Source of the DNA: an uncultured bacterium
Lineage (GTDB): Bacteria; Bacillota_I; Bacilli_A; RF39; UBA660
Assembly: GCA_947646655.1 (NCBI GenBank)
Contig: CANSHI010000004.1
Span: forward strand, 12,213-76,212
Length of the DNA: 64,000 nt
Direction: 5' to 3'
Made by a program: the position numbers and the translations under genes. The notes under the pieces were generated by a model, which saw only the letters and a program-made list of their open reading frames with translations, did not search any database and had not been told where the DNA came from. Shown in pieces: positions 48,940-59,238 of this stretch (position 1 is its first letter; each line of letters begins with the position of its first letter).

Positions 48940-50514
48940 TTATTCTAAACGATATTCATTACCAATCGTTCCATTACCTTTTAAAGACATAAAATACTCT
49001 GGAGTTAAGTTTATGACTGGAACTAAATGAATACCTTGATAATTAGCATACCTATAATTGGGATATGAATTTTGAGCTGTTAAAATAATATTAGACTTGC
49101 CACTATTTTGAGAATCGGGGGTCATCGACCAATAATCAAATCCCTTATACATATAGTATTTTGTGTTGTTGCCTGCTGATTCGCCACCTGATCCTGCGAT
49201 TATCGACTCATCTCTTGTAAGAAATCCTATTGGATACTTTGAGGCACCGTTTCCATATGTGGTATCGTCGACTGTAAATGCATCATTTTTCTGCGGGCAT
49301 GTTAGTATTGGTTGTCCTTTTTTGGTGCCTCTAAATCTTCCACGTCCGTCGTATAATGCGCCATTGTTTCCATAACCTAGGTAAGGATTATTATTTTCAA
49401 AACTTCTATCATTACAAAATAAAGTGTCTGAAATATATTGGGATAGATCTAAAATGTTTTCTTCATACCATGTTTCTAGCACAACTTTTATATTAGAATC
49501 TACTACATTTGACTGTGCTTCTTCTTTACTTGTTGAAGATGCTGTACCCGCTGGACTATACATATATCCCACATATTTTTCATCGTTAGTTCTAGTGTTG
49601 TATAGTACATTTTTAACCGCTATACGATCTTCATTTTTTTCTCCTGACTTATAAGGTTGTGTTCCGTCATAGAGTAATCTTACCGATCCATCACCATTTA
49701 TGCGTATAATTCTCCAATACATTGGCTTCCCAATCTTATCGCCATTTTGGGGAATATTCGCCCATTTGCCAAATTGAACATAATTATCTTCTACTGTACC
49801 TCTGTAATAGTAAGATGTTCCATAATCATCGGCCAAAGCATATAATCCGTCGGCTGTTTCATCTGTTATCGATTTGGATAGAAAATCTGGTGTCTCGTTT
49901 TTAATGGATTTTTGTAATTTTCTTAAAACTGTTTCGGCATCTAACAATTTATCTCTTCCCTTACTGTTTTCTATTAAAAAAGTGGTACTGAATGTTGCCT
50001 CTAAATCAGTAGTTTGATCTAAGTCTTCTAAATAGTTCAGTTTAATAATCAGTTTATAATAAATTGTAGAGTTTTTAGGTATAACTAAATTGCCAGCAAG
50101 TAAAGTGGTAATAGTTTGTAAGCTCGTAGGTACTTTATAATTAGTTATTATATCAGTATAATTCCCGTTTTCTTTAGATGAAGAGAGTAAGCTGTAAGTT
50201 AAAGAGTTTTCTAAATAAGTATTGACTAAGTTGTTCCACATAATTCTAGTAGTTGCATCGGCAGTTCCAGTGTTTTTGATTGTAAAGTTTTTCTCTATTG
50301 TACTTCCAAATTCAAGAGCTTGATTTATCTCAGGGCTATTATCTGAAAAAGTGAGTGCTAGTGTGGCAGTATCAGTATTAACATTTTGTGGATTGCTAGT
50401 TACATTTGAAATAAAGAACGCATATGAACTAAGAATGCTTATTAACAATAAAATTCCAGAGCTTATTCCAATTATAGTTTTCTTCATGTTACTACTTATA
50501 CTTATTTTTCCCAT
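48940..50514 (-). CDS. Secreted/surface protein with SipW-type leader and camelysin/TasA-like N-domain
   Basis: LSSYAFF leader end; KNFTIKNTG; YWRIIRINGDGSVRL domain; start uncertain (50535, 50514 or a downstream ATG). Confidence 0.65.
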   Translation of the reverse strand: MGKISISSNMKKTIIGISSGILLLISILSSYAFFISNVTSNPQNVNTDTATLALTFSDNSPEINQALEFGSTIEKNFTIKNTGTADATTRIMWNNLVNTYLENSLTYSLLSSSKENGNYTDIITNYKVPTSLQTITTLLAGNLVIPKNSTIYYKLIIKLNYLEDLDQTTDLEATFSTTFLIENSKGRDKLLDAETVLRKLQKSIKNETPDFLSKSITDETADGLYALADDYGTSYYYRGTVEDNYVQFGKWANIPQNGDKIGKPMYWRIIRINGDGSVRLLYDGTQPYKSGEKNEDRIAVKNVLYNTRTNDEKYVGYMYSPAGTASSTSKEEAQSNVVDSNIKVVLETWYEENILDLSQYISDTLFCNDRSFENNNPYLGYGNNGALYDGRGRFRGTKKGQPILTCPQKNDAFTVDDTTYGNGASKYPIGFLTRDESIIAGSGGESAGNNTKYYMYKGFDYWSMTPDSQNSGKSNIILTAQNSYPNYRYANYQGIHLVPVINLTPEYFMSLKGNGTIGNEYRLE

Positions 50515-50545
50515 TCCTATCACCGATTCTAACAATATTTAAACA

Positions 50546-50554
50546 CCCCCCCCC
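50546..50554 (-). repeat. G9 homopolymer in a promoter spacer
   Basis: Minus strand TTGACA-AAGTCA-GGGGGGGGG-TGT-TTAAAT. Confidence 0.7.
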
Positions 50555-50629
50555 TGACTTTGTCAACAAAAGTGAATTAGAGAAACAAAAAAACCAAACT
50601 TTCTCGGTTTTTGAAAATTTGGTATTTAA

Positions 50630-51109
50630 TTAACTGATTGCAAGTATTTCTATGTCGAATGCTCCTCCTGGTGATTCGACAGTAACTACATCGCCTACTT
50701 TTTTATTGAGCACAGCTTTTCCAATAGGAGATTCATTTGATATTCTGTTTTCACTTGGATTTGCTTCAAGGGAACCGACGATTTGATATTTTTCTTCTTC
50801 GTCATCTTCCACATAGTTTATAGTAATTGTAGATCCTAACCCAACTATACCTTTAGATACAGTTTCTTCAATTATTTTGGCATGGTCTACAAGATATTCT
50901 AATTCTTTTATGCGAGCTTCTAATTCAGCTTGGTCATTTCTTGCTGCATCATAGTCAGCATTTTCTGATAAGTCTCCTTGAGCACGAGCATCTTTAATCG
51001 CTTCAATTACTTGAGGTCTTTTAACAGTTTTTAGTTCGTTTAACTCTTCCTCTATTTTAAGAAAACCTTCAGCAGTCATTAAACATTCTTTTTTTGTCAT
51101 AATTATCAC
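50630..51109 (-). CDS. greA: Transcription elongation factor GreA
   Basis: GDLSENADY, ISNESPIG. Confidence 0.97.
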   Translation of the reverse strand: MIIMTKKECLMTAEGFLKIEEELNELKTVKRPQVIEAIKDARAQGDLSENADYDAARNDQAELEARIKELEYLVDHAKIIEETVSKGIVGLGSTITINYVEDDEEEKYQIVGSLEANPSENRISNESPIGKAVLNKKVGDVVTVESPGGAFDIEILAIS

Positions 51110-51177
51110 TCTTTCATTCTTTTATTTTATTTTTGTATTAAAAAATGGTTCCTCTTTTTGAGACCTTTTTAATAATA

Positions 51178-52362
51178 CTAGATTTCATCATATTTGTCAA
51201 ATACTTTTGCACGCATCATACTAAATTGCTCACAGATTTTGGGCACTTTTATTTTAACGATCATTTTAGGATGATTACAGAAGTCTAATCTGTTTCCATC
51301 TTCATCTATTATATCGGTTATCGTAAATTCAATAGTATCCATGGTTGGCCCAAATATTTGAACAGTATCACCTTTTTTAAAGTAGTTTCTTACTTCTAAG
51401 GTGATTTCATTGTTTTCACTATTTAATACTAGACCTAAAAAGTCTTGATTCGATTCTTCTTTTCGTCCATTGAAATATTGTTCATTAACGCCAGGTAGTT
51501 TATCAAAAAACTGAGGTGTAGACTCCCTATTTGCTACCCTATTTATGATATTCAAGGCATAATCAATATATTCATCTGTCAGGGAATTTGTGCTTATTTT
51601 TGAAATAATTTGTCTATAAGTGTGTAAAACGGTCGCGATATAATAAATCGAACGCATTCTACCTTCGATTTTAAAAGAATTAACTCCTATATCGATCATA
51701 TCCTTGATATAATGAACCATGTTTAAGTCTTTTGGCATCATTTCAAATTGTCGATTATCTTCTGTATCGAATGTCCAGCGACAAACTTGAGAGCAGCCTC
51801 CGCGATTGGAGTCACGATTAGTTGCATAGTTAGATAAAACACATCTACCCGAGAAAGATGTACACATAGCTCCTTGTATAAAACATTCTAGTTCGGCATT
51901 AGTTTCTTTTTTGATACGAATTATGTCTTCTTTAGAGGCTTCTCTAGCTAAAACGATACGTTTTATACCATGATCCATATAAAATTTTACCGCTCTGGAA
52001 TTTAGACAGCTGGCCTGAGTACTCAAATGCACTTCTAAATCGAGGTCGTTTTCTTTTAATACATTTAATACGACAGGATCACTCACAATTATGGCATCGA
52101 CTTTTATGTCGCTTAAAAATTTTAAGTAATCTACTAGTCCTTCTAAGTCTTCGTTATGGAAAACTATATTTACTGTAACGTATACTTTTTTATTTAAATT
52201 ATGAGCATATTCAGTAGCCTCTTTTAACTCTTCCAATGAAAAGTTTGTCGCATTGGCACGAAGTCCAAAAACTCTGCCTCCTAAGTAAACGGCATCGGCA
52301 CCATAAAGTAAAGCAAATTTCAATCTTTCCATATCCCCAGCGGGGCTTAAAAGCTCTATCAT
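51178..52362 (-). CDS. U32 peptidase family tRNA hydroxylase (YrrO-like)
   Basis: ELLSPAG, HLSTQ, GAMC.SFSGRC, CSQVCR, KIEGR. Confidence 0.92.
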   Translation of the reverse strand: MIELLSPAGDMERLKFALLYGADAVYLGGRVFGLRANATNFSLEELKEATEYAHNLNKKVYVTVNIVFHNEDLEGLVDYLKFLSDIKVDAIIVSDPVVLNVLKENDLDLEVHLSTQASCLNSRAVKFYMDHGIKRIVLAREASKEDIIRIKKETNAELECFIQGAMCTSFSGRCVLSNYATNRDSNRGGCSQVCRWTFDTEDNRQFEMMPKDLNMVHYIKDMIDIGVNSFKIEGRMRSIYYIATVLHTYRQIISKISTNSLTDEYIDYALNIINRVANRESTPQFFDKLPGVNEQYFNGRKEESNQDFLGLVLNSENNEITLEVRNYFKKGDTVQIFGPTMDTIEFTITDIIDEDGNRLDFCNHPKMIVKIKVPKICEQFSMMRAKVFDKYDEI

Positions 52363-53153
52363 TTTATATCACCTATTCTGTAAATAGTTTTTTTATGTAA
52401 AAATCCGTCTGTAGTGTTTGTAACAATTTCATTACAAATAGCCTTTTCCATAGTTTCACGAGTTAGAAATTCGGAGTTAAACAAATAAAATTTAATCTTC
52501 GTATCGTCTAAGTCTTGTGTGACGAAACGGATATCTAAGAGATGATCGTCAAAAATGGCGGTTCCATATTCATTTTCTTTAAGTTGGAATTTTATTAGGT
52601 CAGAGTTTTTAATGTTTAAAGTCTTTTTTTCTTTGTCGCCTAAATGTTTGGAAAAGTTGGAAAGTAATTTACGACGAGAATACATGATCATAGGGTATCC
52701 AAAAGTATTTATAATCAACGGTTTTTTAGTTCGATCTAATATTTCTGTTATTTCATCGATAGTAATGTCAGTCGATAGAACAAGTGAGTCATAATATTCA
52801 GTCCAAAAGTTGACTGTTTCATAAGAATTATTTAAATGATTTTGAAAATTGATCAGTTCAAGTGATGAGTCTTTTAAAACGTAGAATAAACCGACATCTT
52901 CGACGATTATTCCTTTTATGTTTTTAGGAATTTGAAGTTTTAAGAATTGGTCGATATCGTTGTCTGTAAGGAGTCTATTTACTAGTAGATAGCCTTGTGT
53001 ATTTGTAGCAGATATATCTTCCAGTGAAAAAGAACTGTACCCTACTGAAAATCCTTCCAATGGAAAAAGAAAGTTAGAAATGCCTAACTTTTGATAAAAA
53101 TCAATATCTTCTAAATTGCTTATGTTTAACAATATTTTATCTTTTTTCATCAT
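52359..53153 (-). CDS. Degenerate U32 family partner (YrrN-like)
   Basis: MIMYSRRKLL; yrrM-yrrN-yrrO synteny. Confidence 0.75.
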   Translation of the reverse strand: MMKKDKILLNISNLEDIDFYQKLGISNFLFPLEGFSVGYSSFSLEDISATNTQGYLLVNRLLTDNDIDQFLKLQIPKNIKGIIVEDVGLFYVLKDSSLELINFQNHLNNSYETVNFWTEYYDSLVLSTDITIDEITEILDRTKKPLIINTFGYPMIMYSRRKLLSNFSKHLGDKEKKTLNIKNSDLIKFQLKENEYGTAIFDDHLLDIRFVTQDLDDTKIKFYLFNSEFLTRETMEKAICNEIVTNTTDGFLHKKTIYRIGDIK

Positions 53154-53733
53154 TTTTATAACTTACACTAAGTCCGTCTCCAATATCGTAAAACTTAGTA
53201 GTGAACTCCTTATTCGTTTTTAAATATTCGATGTAGTCTTCTATTTTACTAACTAAGCTGTTAAGGTTTTTAGACATGTCTTTTGTTCTATTTCCTACTA
53301 ATCCATGAAAATGAATATTATCTGTTATGATAACACCATTTGGTTTGAGATAGTGGCTAAATTTTTCGAAAAATTTTGTATATTGTCCTTTTGCTGCATC
53401 GATAAAAATCATATCAAAGCTTCGCTCGCCTAAACTTACTTCTAGTGCATCTTGGAATACAACTTCTATTTGATGTTCGAGACCACATTTTTTAACATTT
53501 TTGATAGCTTCCATGTATCTTTTTTCGTCTCGCTCGATAGTAGTTAATTGAACATCGGGTGCAGCAGAGGTCATAAGGATTCCACTGTAACCGATGGCTG
53601 TCCCTATTTCTAATATTGTTTGTATATTATTTAATTTTATAAATTTCATGATAAATTTAATAGATTCTTTTTCAATAATTGGAACGTTTTTCTCTTTTGC
53701 ATATTTTTCCATTTCAATTATAGTTTCTTTCAT
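53137..53733 (-). CDS. trmR: O-methyltransferase TrmR/YrrM
   Basis: VPII, LEIGTAIGYS, FIDAAKGQY, TDN. Confidence 0.88.
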   Translation of the reverse strand: MKETIIEMEKYAKEKNVPIIEKESIKFIMKFIKLNNIQTILEIGTAIGYSGILMTSAAPDVQLTTIERDEKRYMEAIKNVKKCGLEHQIEVVFQDALEVSLGERSFDMIFIDAAKGQYTKFFEKFSHYLKPNGVIITDNIHFHGLVGNRTKDMSKNLNSLVSKIEDYIEYLKTNKEFTTKFYDIGDGLSVSYKNDEKR

Positions 53734-53778
53734 TTATAATCACCAACAAAAGTATTATATCATATTTTAACTTCTAAA

Positions 53779-54780
53779 TCAATTGTGGCACTTTTGAAAT
53801 TTGATATTAAAATCTGAAGGATCAGTATTTTTTTCATTAAGTTTTGCTAAAATTTTGTCTATTATTATTTTGATAATAGGACTTACTCTATCCCCCAAAT
53901 TTTGGATCAGTTCTCCTGCTTCTTTATATAGTCCACAGTATATCATATTGTATAAATTTGGATTTTCGATATTTATTTTTGGATGAGAAGCTAAAAAACT
54001 ATTTTTTGTAAGAAATTGTAAATCCTTTAAAGCTAAAAGTGAATAATGATCAATAAGGCTTAATCGACAATTAGATTGCATGTTTTCTAAATAAGAAATA
54101 GCTTCTTCTATTTGATCGTTTTCAACTAGTTCAACTAATTGTTTTTTCTTATTCATTTGTTCGATTGTCGCTTCTCTAAGTAACACAGTTAAAGCATTGT
54201 AAGCTTTTGGAATTTCCACTCCTTCTTTTTTAATCGAATAAATTAAAGTTTTGGCATAATTAAACTTTTGAGCATAAATAGCTTTTCTGATTTCTTGGTG
54301 GATAGGCCTTGCTGGGATTTCTCGTTTAGATTCCCCTACCGTTAAATCTTCTAATGTGAGATTTGATGCCATGTTTTTTAAATCAGCTTCTAGTGGTATC
54401 ATTGTGGAAATGATATATAAATGACATTTATAGTATGAAATAAATGGTTCTACTTTACATTTTAAAAGGTTTCTCAAATAACCAGTTGCCTTTTTAAAGT
54501 CTTTGGTTTCTAAACAACGGAAATACAGATGAGAAGAAGCTTGATGAAAATATGGTTTTATGTGATAGCACAATTTTAAGCATTTAGTAGCTAGCTCATA
54601 ATTTTTTTCTTGTAATAATTTTTGGGCAAATGCATAAATAGTTTCTACATCTTTGTAAATATAGAAATTATGTGCTCTTGTTAGTATACCTAATTGTGAT
54701 AATATATTTAAATCGATATGAGTAAATCCTATTTGTCGTAATGTTTTTTCATTTATTTTGTTACAATCGTTTGGTTTCAT
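53779..54780 (-). CDS. Orphan helical (TPR-like) protein, paralogue B
   Basis: AAGGAG RBS; aligns by eye with the neighbouring ORF. Confidence 0.65.
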   Translation of the reverse strand: MKPNDCNKINEKTLRQIGFTHIDLNILSQLGILTRAHNFYIYKDVETIYAFAQKLLQEKNYELATKCLKLCYHIKPYFHQASSHLYFRCLETKDFKKATGYLRNLLKCKVEPFISYYKCHLYIISTMIPLEADLKNMASNLTLEDLTVGESKREIPARPIHQEIRKAIYAQKFNYAKTLIYSIKKEGVEIPKAYNALTVLLREATIEQMNKKKQLVELVENDQIEEAISYLENMQSNCRLSLIDHYSLLALKDLQFLTKNSFLASHPKINIENPNLYNMIYCGLYKEAGELIQNLGDRVSPIIKIIIDKILAKLNEKNTDPSDFNIKFQKCHN

Positions 54781-54792
54781 TTTTTCTCCTTT

Positions 54793-56067
54793 TTAACTAT
54801 GTTTTTTCTGTGTTAATATGTGTGTTCTTAAAGCCGATGTGTCTTCAAGCATTTTTTCATTGGTATAATTAAGAGCTTTAGTAAATTCGATTAATCGGTC
54901 TCCGTTCTTTATGTCACCACTTATATAAAATTCTTTCGCTGCATATAGTAAACATTTGAACTGTTTTTTAGTGCTTAGTCTTAGAATTTTATTTATTGTG
55001 TATATTGGTAGTCCCTTATTAAGCAGTTCGTAAAAATCTTCTGTAACTGGTTTTGCTGGTTCAACATTTTCATTAATCATTTCTAAAGTGGATAGTTCTA
55101 TGATATGTTCAAACTCTTCTTGAATAGCAATTAAAACTTTATAAATGACATTTTCTTTGATATTTGTGAGTTTTCGTGTTTCTTCGATTGCAGAAAGATA
55201 GTTACCAGAATAGATCATATCAAATATATTAATCGGTTTAGATCGGAATGGTCTTCGGTTTATTCTTGTCGGCAACTTGTGAGTATAAATCATAGATAAA
55301 AGATCTTCTAAAGCCATAAGTGTAAATTTTTCTATAAGACTCAATTGTCTAGTTTGTGAGAATTGTTTAAGTAATAAGTAACATTCTAAATATTTTTTAT
55401 CTGTTAAAAGGTCTTGGGTAGCATTTTTTTCATTGACTTGTTTAGCGGCTGCTGATTGTATTAAAGTGAATTTTACATGGTAATCTTTTTTTCTCTCTAC
55501 AAGATTGCGATTTTCTCCTAAAATATACATAGACTGCAAAAATTTTTGAGCATATGCTAGAGTTCTCAATTTATTTTCTGCATCAGGTTTGTAAATATCT
55601 TCTCTATCATCGGAAACTAAAAGTTCATAACTTTTGAGAGATTTAGCAATTGTTTTTAAGTCTTCAGGTAAATTAGTAATTGTGCTTAAAAGATATAAAT
55701 AAAATAAGTAATCGGGTTGATATTTTTGACTAGAGTTGTTTAATAAATTTCTCAAATATTTTGTCGATTTTTGAAATTCACCATTTTTTATACAAAGTGC
55801 AAAGAGCTCATAATTTACTTCAATTTTAGAAGGATCTAATAAATAGCATAAGTTGAGGCATTTATGAGCAAGATCTAAATTTTTAAGACGTATTAGTTCA
55901 AAATAGTATTCAAAAATATTATTAATGCTGTTATATGTATAAGATGCTCCTTTTTTTGTAATAAGTCCTTCATTAATCAATTGAGATATTTCTGACTTCC
56001 CTAAAGATAATGCTGAAAGTTCTTCAAATGTTAACCTTCTTCCAGTGTTTTGATTTTGGTTTTTCAT
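54793..56067 (-). CDS. Orphan helical (TPR-like) protein, paralogue A
   Basis: AAGGAG RBS before ATG 56067. Confidence 0.65.
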   Translation of the reverse strand: MKNQNQNTGRRLTFEELSALSLGKSEISQLINEGLITKKGASYTYNSINNIFEYYFELIRLKNLDLAHKCLNLCYLLDPSKIEVNYELFALCIKNGEFQKSTKYLRNLLNNSSQKYQPDYLFYLYLLSTITNLPEDLKTIAKSLKSYELLVSDDREDIYKPDAENKLRTLAYAQKFLQSMYILGENRNLVERKKDYHVKFTLIQSAAAKQVNEKNATQDLLTDKKYLECYLLLKQFSQTRQLSLIEKFTLMALEDLLSMIYTHKLPTRINRRPFRSKPINIFDMIYSGNYLSAIEETRKLTNIKENVIYKVLIAIQEEFEHIIELSTLEMINENVEPAKPVTEDFYELLNKGLPIYTINKILRLSTKKQFKCLLYAAKEFYISGDIKNGDRLIEFTKALNYTNEKMLEDTSALRTHILTQKKHS

Positions 56068-56133
56068 AATTTCCACTCCTTTTTGGTGCTCTTTATAATA
56101 TCTTAAAAATGACAAAAAAGCAAGAAAAAACCA

Positions 56134-57132
56134 TTAGTTTAGTTCTAATGAGTTTTTTAGTTCTTCGTAAGATTCCTCACAATAAGCATGGCTTTCGTCT
56201 GTTATATAGAAAAATGAAACGTTATATTGGATGTAATCACCAGTATATGAAAGATTATATGTGTTGCTCGTTTTTGTTGTTTCACTTTCAAACTTCCAAT
56301 TATAGCCATTTATAAGTATTTCTTCAGGTTCTTCGGTAACTTTCAAGTGGTCGATACTGCCCTGTCCATAGTTGTGGCGATTGGGATCATAGCCACCTAA
56401 ATATCTTTCGCTTATGTAAAAGTTACAATACTTATCTTTTGTCGAATACAATTTATATGTATCAGTACTTCTTTTATCTTCTAAGAAGCCACTTGGAACT
56501 TCAAAAGTAAGTTCTTCAATTTCAGGATAGTCTTCAATAATTTCTGTATCATCTGTTTCGGTAGATGTCAGAGTATCGTCAGTTGCTATTACATAGACGA
56601 AGAGACTGAATATCGAAAATAAATACAGGCAGGAAATGATGACTATAGGAACAGTAGTCGTACCTCCTTCATTATAGGCCTTTAAAAGAGCATCTTCTTT
56701 TTTGCCACTTATATTGTAATTTATTATATTTATGGCTTGTTCTTCGACGTGTTTCATATAATGACGTTTAAAAGTAAAGCCAGCATAAAGTCGTAGTAGC
56801 AAGTTTAATATGAATACTTTAGCTCCTCCAAATAGGAAGATAATAATATCAAATATTAGAAAAATAGTGGCTTCTAAATATAATTTTCTGTAGTAATAAT
56901 ATAGTGATCCGAATAAGAAAGCGAGAAAACTAAAGTTTTTCTTCTTTAAGTCTTCTTTTCCTACCCCAATATATGTATCGATTACTTCGGGAGTAATGTC
57001 TATCTTTTCTTTTACTGGTTGCTTCTTTTCTTCCTTCGTTTCTTTTGAAGGAGTATCTTTTAATTTAAAACCACAATTATTGCAGTATATACTGGTCTTG
57101 TTTATACGTGCATTACATTTTGGACATTGCAT
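56134..57132 (-). CDS. Zinc-ribbon plus DUF2628 membrane protein
   Basis: CPKC..CNNCG; FSFLAFLFGSLYYYYRKLY. Confidence 0.8.
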   Translation of the reverse strand: MQCPKCNARINKTSIYCNNCGFKLKDTPSKETKEEKKQPVKEKIDITPEVIDTYIGVGKEDLKKKNFSFLAFLFGSLYYYYRKLYLEATIFLIFDIIIFLFGGAKVFILNLLLRLYAGFTFKRHYMKHVEEQAINIINYNISGKKEDALLKAYNEGGTTTVPIVIISCLYLFSIFSLFVYVIATDDTLTSTETDDTEIIEDYPEIEELTFEVPSGFLEDKRSTDTYKLYSTKDKYCNFYISERYLGGYDPNRHNYGQGSIDHLKVTEEPEEILINGYNWKFESETTKTSNTYNLSYTGDYIQYNVSFFYITDESHAYCEESYEELKNSLELN

Positions 57133-57146
57133 ATTGTTTTCCTCCT

Positions 57147-58220
57147 TTAATACTCAAACCAAAGCCCTTCTCTTTTTAAGCGGTTGACTTCGTTGTCGTG
57201 TTCTGTATTAGTTTTGTTAAAATAGGTTTTTCCATTTTTATCGGCGACAAAAAAGTAATAGTCGTGTGTGGAAGGGTAAACAGTTGCTTTGATGGAATTA
57301 AAGCTAGGTGAAGCGATTGGGCCGATTGGCAAGCCTTTTACGCATGTACCACGGGTATTATATTCATTACAAGAGTTTAAGTCATCCCATGTTAAATCGA
57401 CAGAGAAGTCCTTATTTACAGCATAATACGTCGTGACATCACTACCGAGTGTCCATCCAGCTTTTAAACGATTGTAAAATACACCTGCTACTCCTTCACG
57501 ATCTTTGCTGCGAGCACCTTCTAGTTCGACAATACTTGCTAAAGTCATTATTTGGTTCATCGAATAATCTGTTGTTTCTATATCAGAAGTAAGTGAAGAA
57601 AGTTTGCTTTCTGTTTCATCTAAAAGTCTTTCGATAATTTCTTTAAGTGAAGCAGTCGTCAAAAATTCATATGTTTCTGGGAAAAGGTATCCCTCTAATG
57701 GATGATATACTTTTTCATTTAAAATATCTTCTGTTAGAACATCATATTTTTCTATCAATGTTTTTATGTATTGTTTATCGTCAAGAGTATTCAATACTTC
57801 TTCTTTAGAATAATCAAAATTTTTACTTATTACGTCGGCAAAATAATCGAGCCTTTTACCTTCGACAAATGTAACCCAAATCGTATCGTGAGTAACTTTG
57901 CCTTTTATTATGCTACTATAAATATCTTTAGCGGTCATACTTTTTGTAAAAATGTAGTCTCCTGCTTGGGGAGTGCCAGGATTAAATTTAGCATATAATT
58001 TCATAACGATGTCTGATTTAATTAATCCTTCTTTTTTTAAGTTCGCGATGATTGTATTTGTTGCTTCGCCCGTTTTAACAGTAAAAGTTATATTTTCTTT
58101 GGCATTTTTATCTACAGCTTCTAGGCTATTTAAATAATAAAATGTTATTCCACCTACACTTAAAAGCAAAAAAGCGAAGACACAAGCAATTATAGTTATA
58201 ATTATAGTCTTCTTCTTCAT
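57147..58220 (-). CDS. mltG: Endolytic transglycosylase MltG
   Basis: LEGYLFPETY, LASIVELE, VFYNRL, GLPIGPIASP. Confidence 0.95.
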   Translation of the reverse strand: MKKKTIIITIIACVFAFLLLSVGGITFYYLNSLEAVDKNAKENITFTVKTGEATNTIIANLKKEGLIKSDIVMKLYAKFNPGTPQAGDYIFTKSMTAKDIYSSIIKGKVTHDTIWVTFVEGKRLDYFADVISKNFDYSKEEVLNTLDDKQYIKTLIEKYDVLTEDILNEKVYHPLEGYLFPETYEFLTTASLKEIIERLLDETESKLSSLTSDIETTDYSMNQIMTLASIVELEGARSKDREGVAGVFYNRLKAGWTLGSDVTTYYAVNKDFSVDLTWDDLNSCNEYNTRGTCVKGLPIGPIASPSFNSIKATVYPSTHDYYFFVADKNGKTYFNKTNTEHDNEVNRLKREGLWFEY

Positions 58221-58222
58221 CG

Positions 58223-58528
58223 TTAAGCTGCCTCTTGGTTTTCTTCCATTTGTTCTTTTAAAACTTGTTTTTGAGCACTTGCTAAGACACTTTCTATCAT
58301 GTCCCATTCTTCTTCTGTTGTGACAGGATCTATATTTAAGCTTTTTCCTGTTGGATCATAAATACCAGCATATGTTTGAATACTACCATTTTCATCTATT
58401 TGATGATCAGTATAAACGAGATAATGTTTGCCAAACTCTTCTGAATCGATAGTCATTAGTACTTCACACTCAACTGTTTCTCCTTTATCATTTTTCATTG
58501 TAAATATATTTTTATTTTCACTTTGCAT
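58223..58528 (-). CDS. DUF1292 (YrzB-like) protein
   Basis: EEFGKHYLVY, EEEWDMIE; synteny. Confidence 0.88.
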   Translation of the reverse strand: MQSENKNIFTMKNDKGETVECEVLMTIDSEEFGKHYLVYTDHQIDENGSIQTYAGIYDPTGKSLNIDPVTTEEEWDMIESVLASAQKQVLKEQMEENQEAA

Positions 58529-58532
58529 AATT

Positions 58533-58946
58533 TTATTTTCCTTTCATTCTTATGTATGTGTTTAATATAACACTTGCCGCAACGGCATCGATGATGTCTT
58601 TTCTCTTTTTTCTAGACATATCGGCATCTAGCAAGTAGTGTTCAGCCTCGACTGTGGAAAGTCTTTCATCCACGAGATTTATCGGTATATCGAAGTGGCT
58701 CTCTAAAAATTCTTTAAATTCTAAACTTCTTTTTGAGGCAAATCCTAAAGAATTGTCCATATTTTTTGGTAGCCCTAGGGCAATTTCACCTACTTGTTCT
58801 TCAGTTATTAAAGCTCCCAATGGTTTTAATATATCTTCATAACGGTTAAATTTTAAAGTTTTTAAAGGATTAGCGATTAGACCTAATTTATCTGTTATAG
58901 CGATTCCTAAGGTTTTAGTTCCCAAATCTAAGCCTAAATATCTCAT
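58533..58946 (-). CDS. ruvX: RuvX/YqgF nuclease
   Basis: LGLDLG.K.LGIA, GLP, VDERLST, IDAVAA. Confidence 0.95.
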   Translation of the reverse strand: MRYLGLDLGTKTLGIAITDKLGLIANPLKTLKFNRYEDILKPLGALITEEQVGEIALGLPKNMDNSLGFASKRSLEFKEFLESHFDIPINLVDERLSTVEAEHYLLDADMSRKKRKDIIDAVAASVILNTYIRMKGK

Positions 58947-59182
58947 TTAATGTAACTCTTTAACAAAGTCTCTACGATCTTTGCTCTATCTAAACTGGCG
59001 ATTTTTTTTCGCGATTCTTTATAACTTGAAATATATCCAGGATCTCCTGACAAGAGATAGCCGACCAGTTGGTTGATAGGATTGTATCCTCTTTCCTCTA
59101 AGGCATCATATATTTCAAATAATGTCTTTTGTACTAAAGTTGTTTCTAGTTCATCGACATTGAATAATCTCGTTTCGTACAT
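58943..59182 (-). CDS. ireB: IreB/ReoM (UPF0297) phosphoprotein
   Basis: ALEERGYNPINQLVGYLLSGDPGYI. Confidence 0.93.
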   Translation of the reverse strand: MYETRLFNVDELETTLVQKTLFEIYDALEERGYNPINQLVGYLLSGDPGYISSYKESRKKIASLDRAKIVETLLKSYIK

Positions 59183-59238
59183 CTGTTACTTCACCTCTTG
59201 TATTTAATTTTATCAGAATATTTATATGTTTTCAAGAG

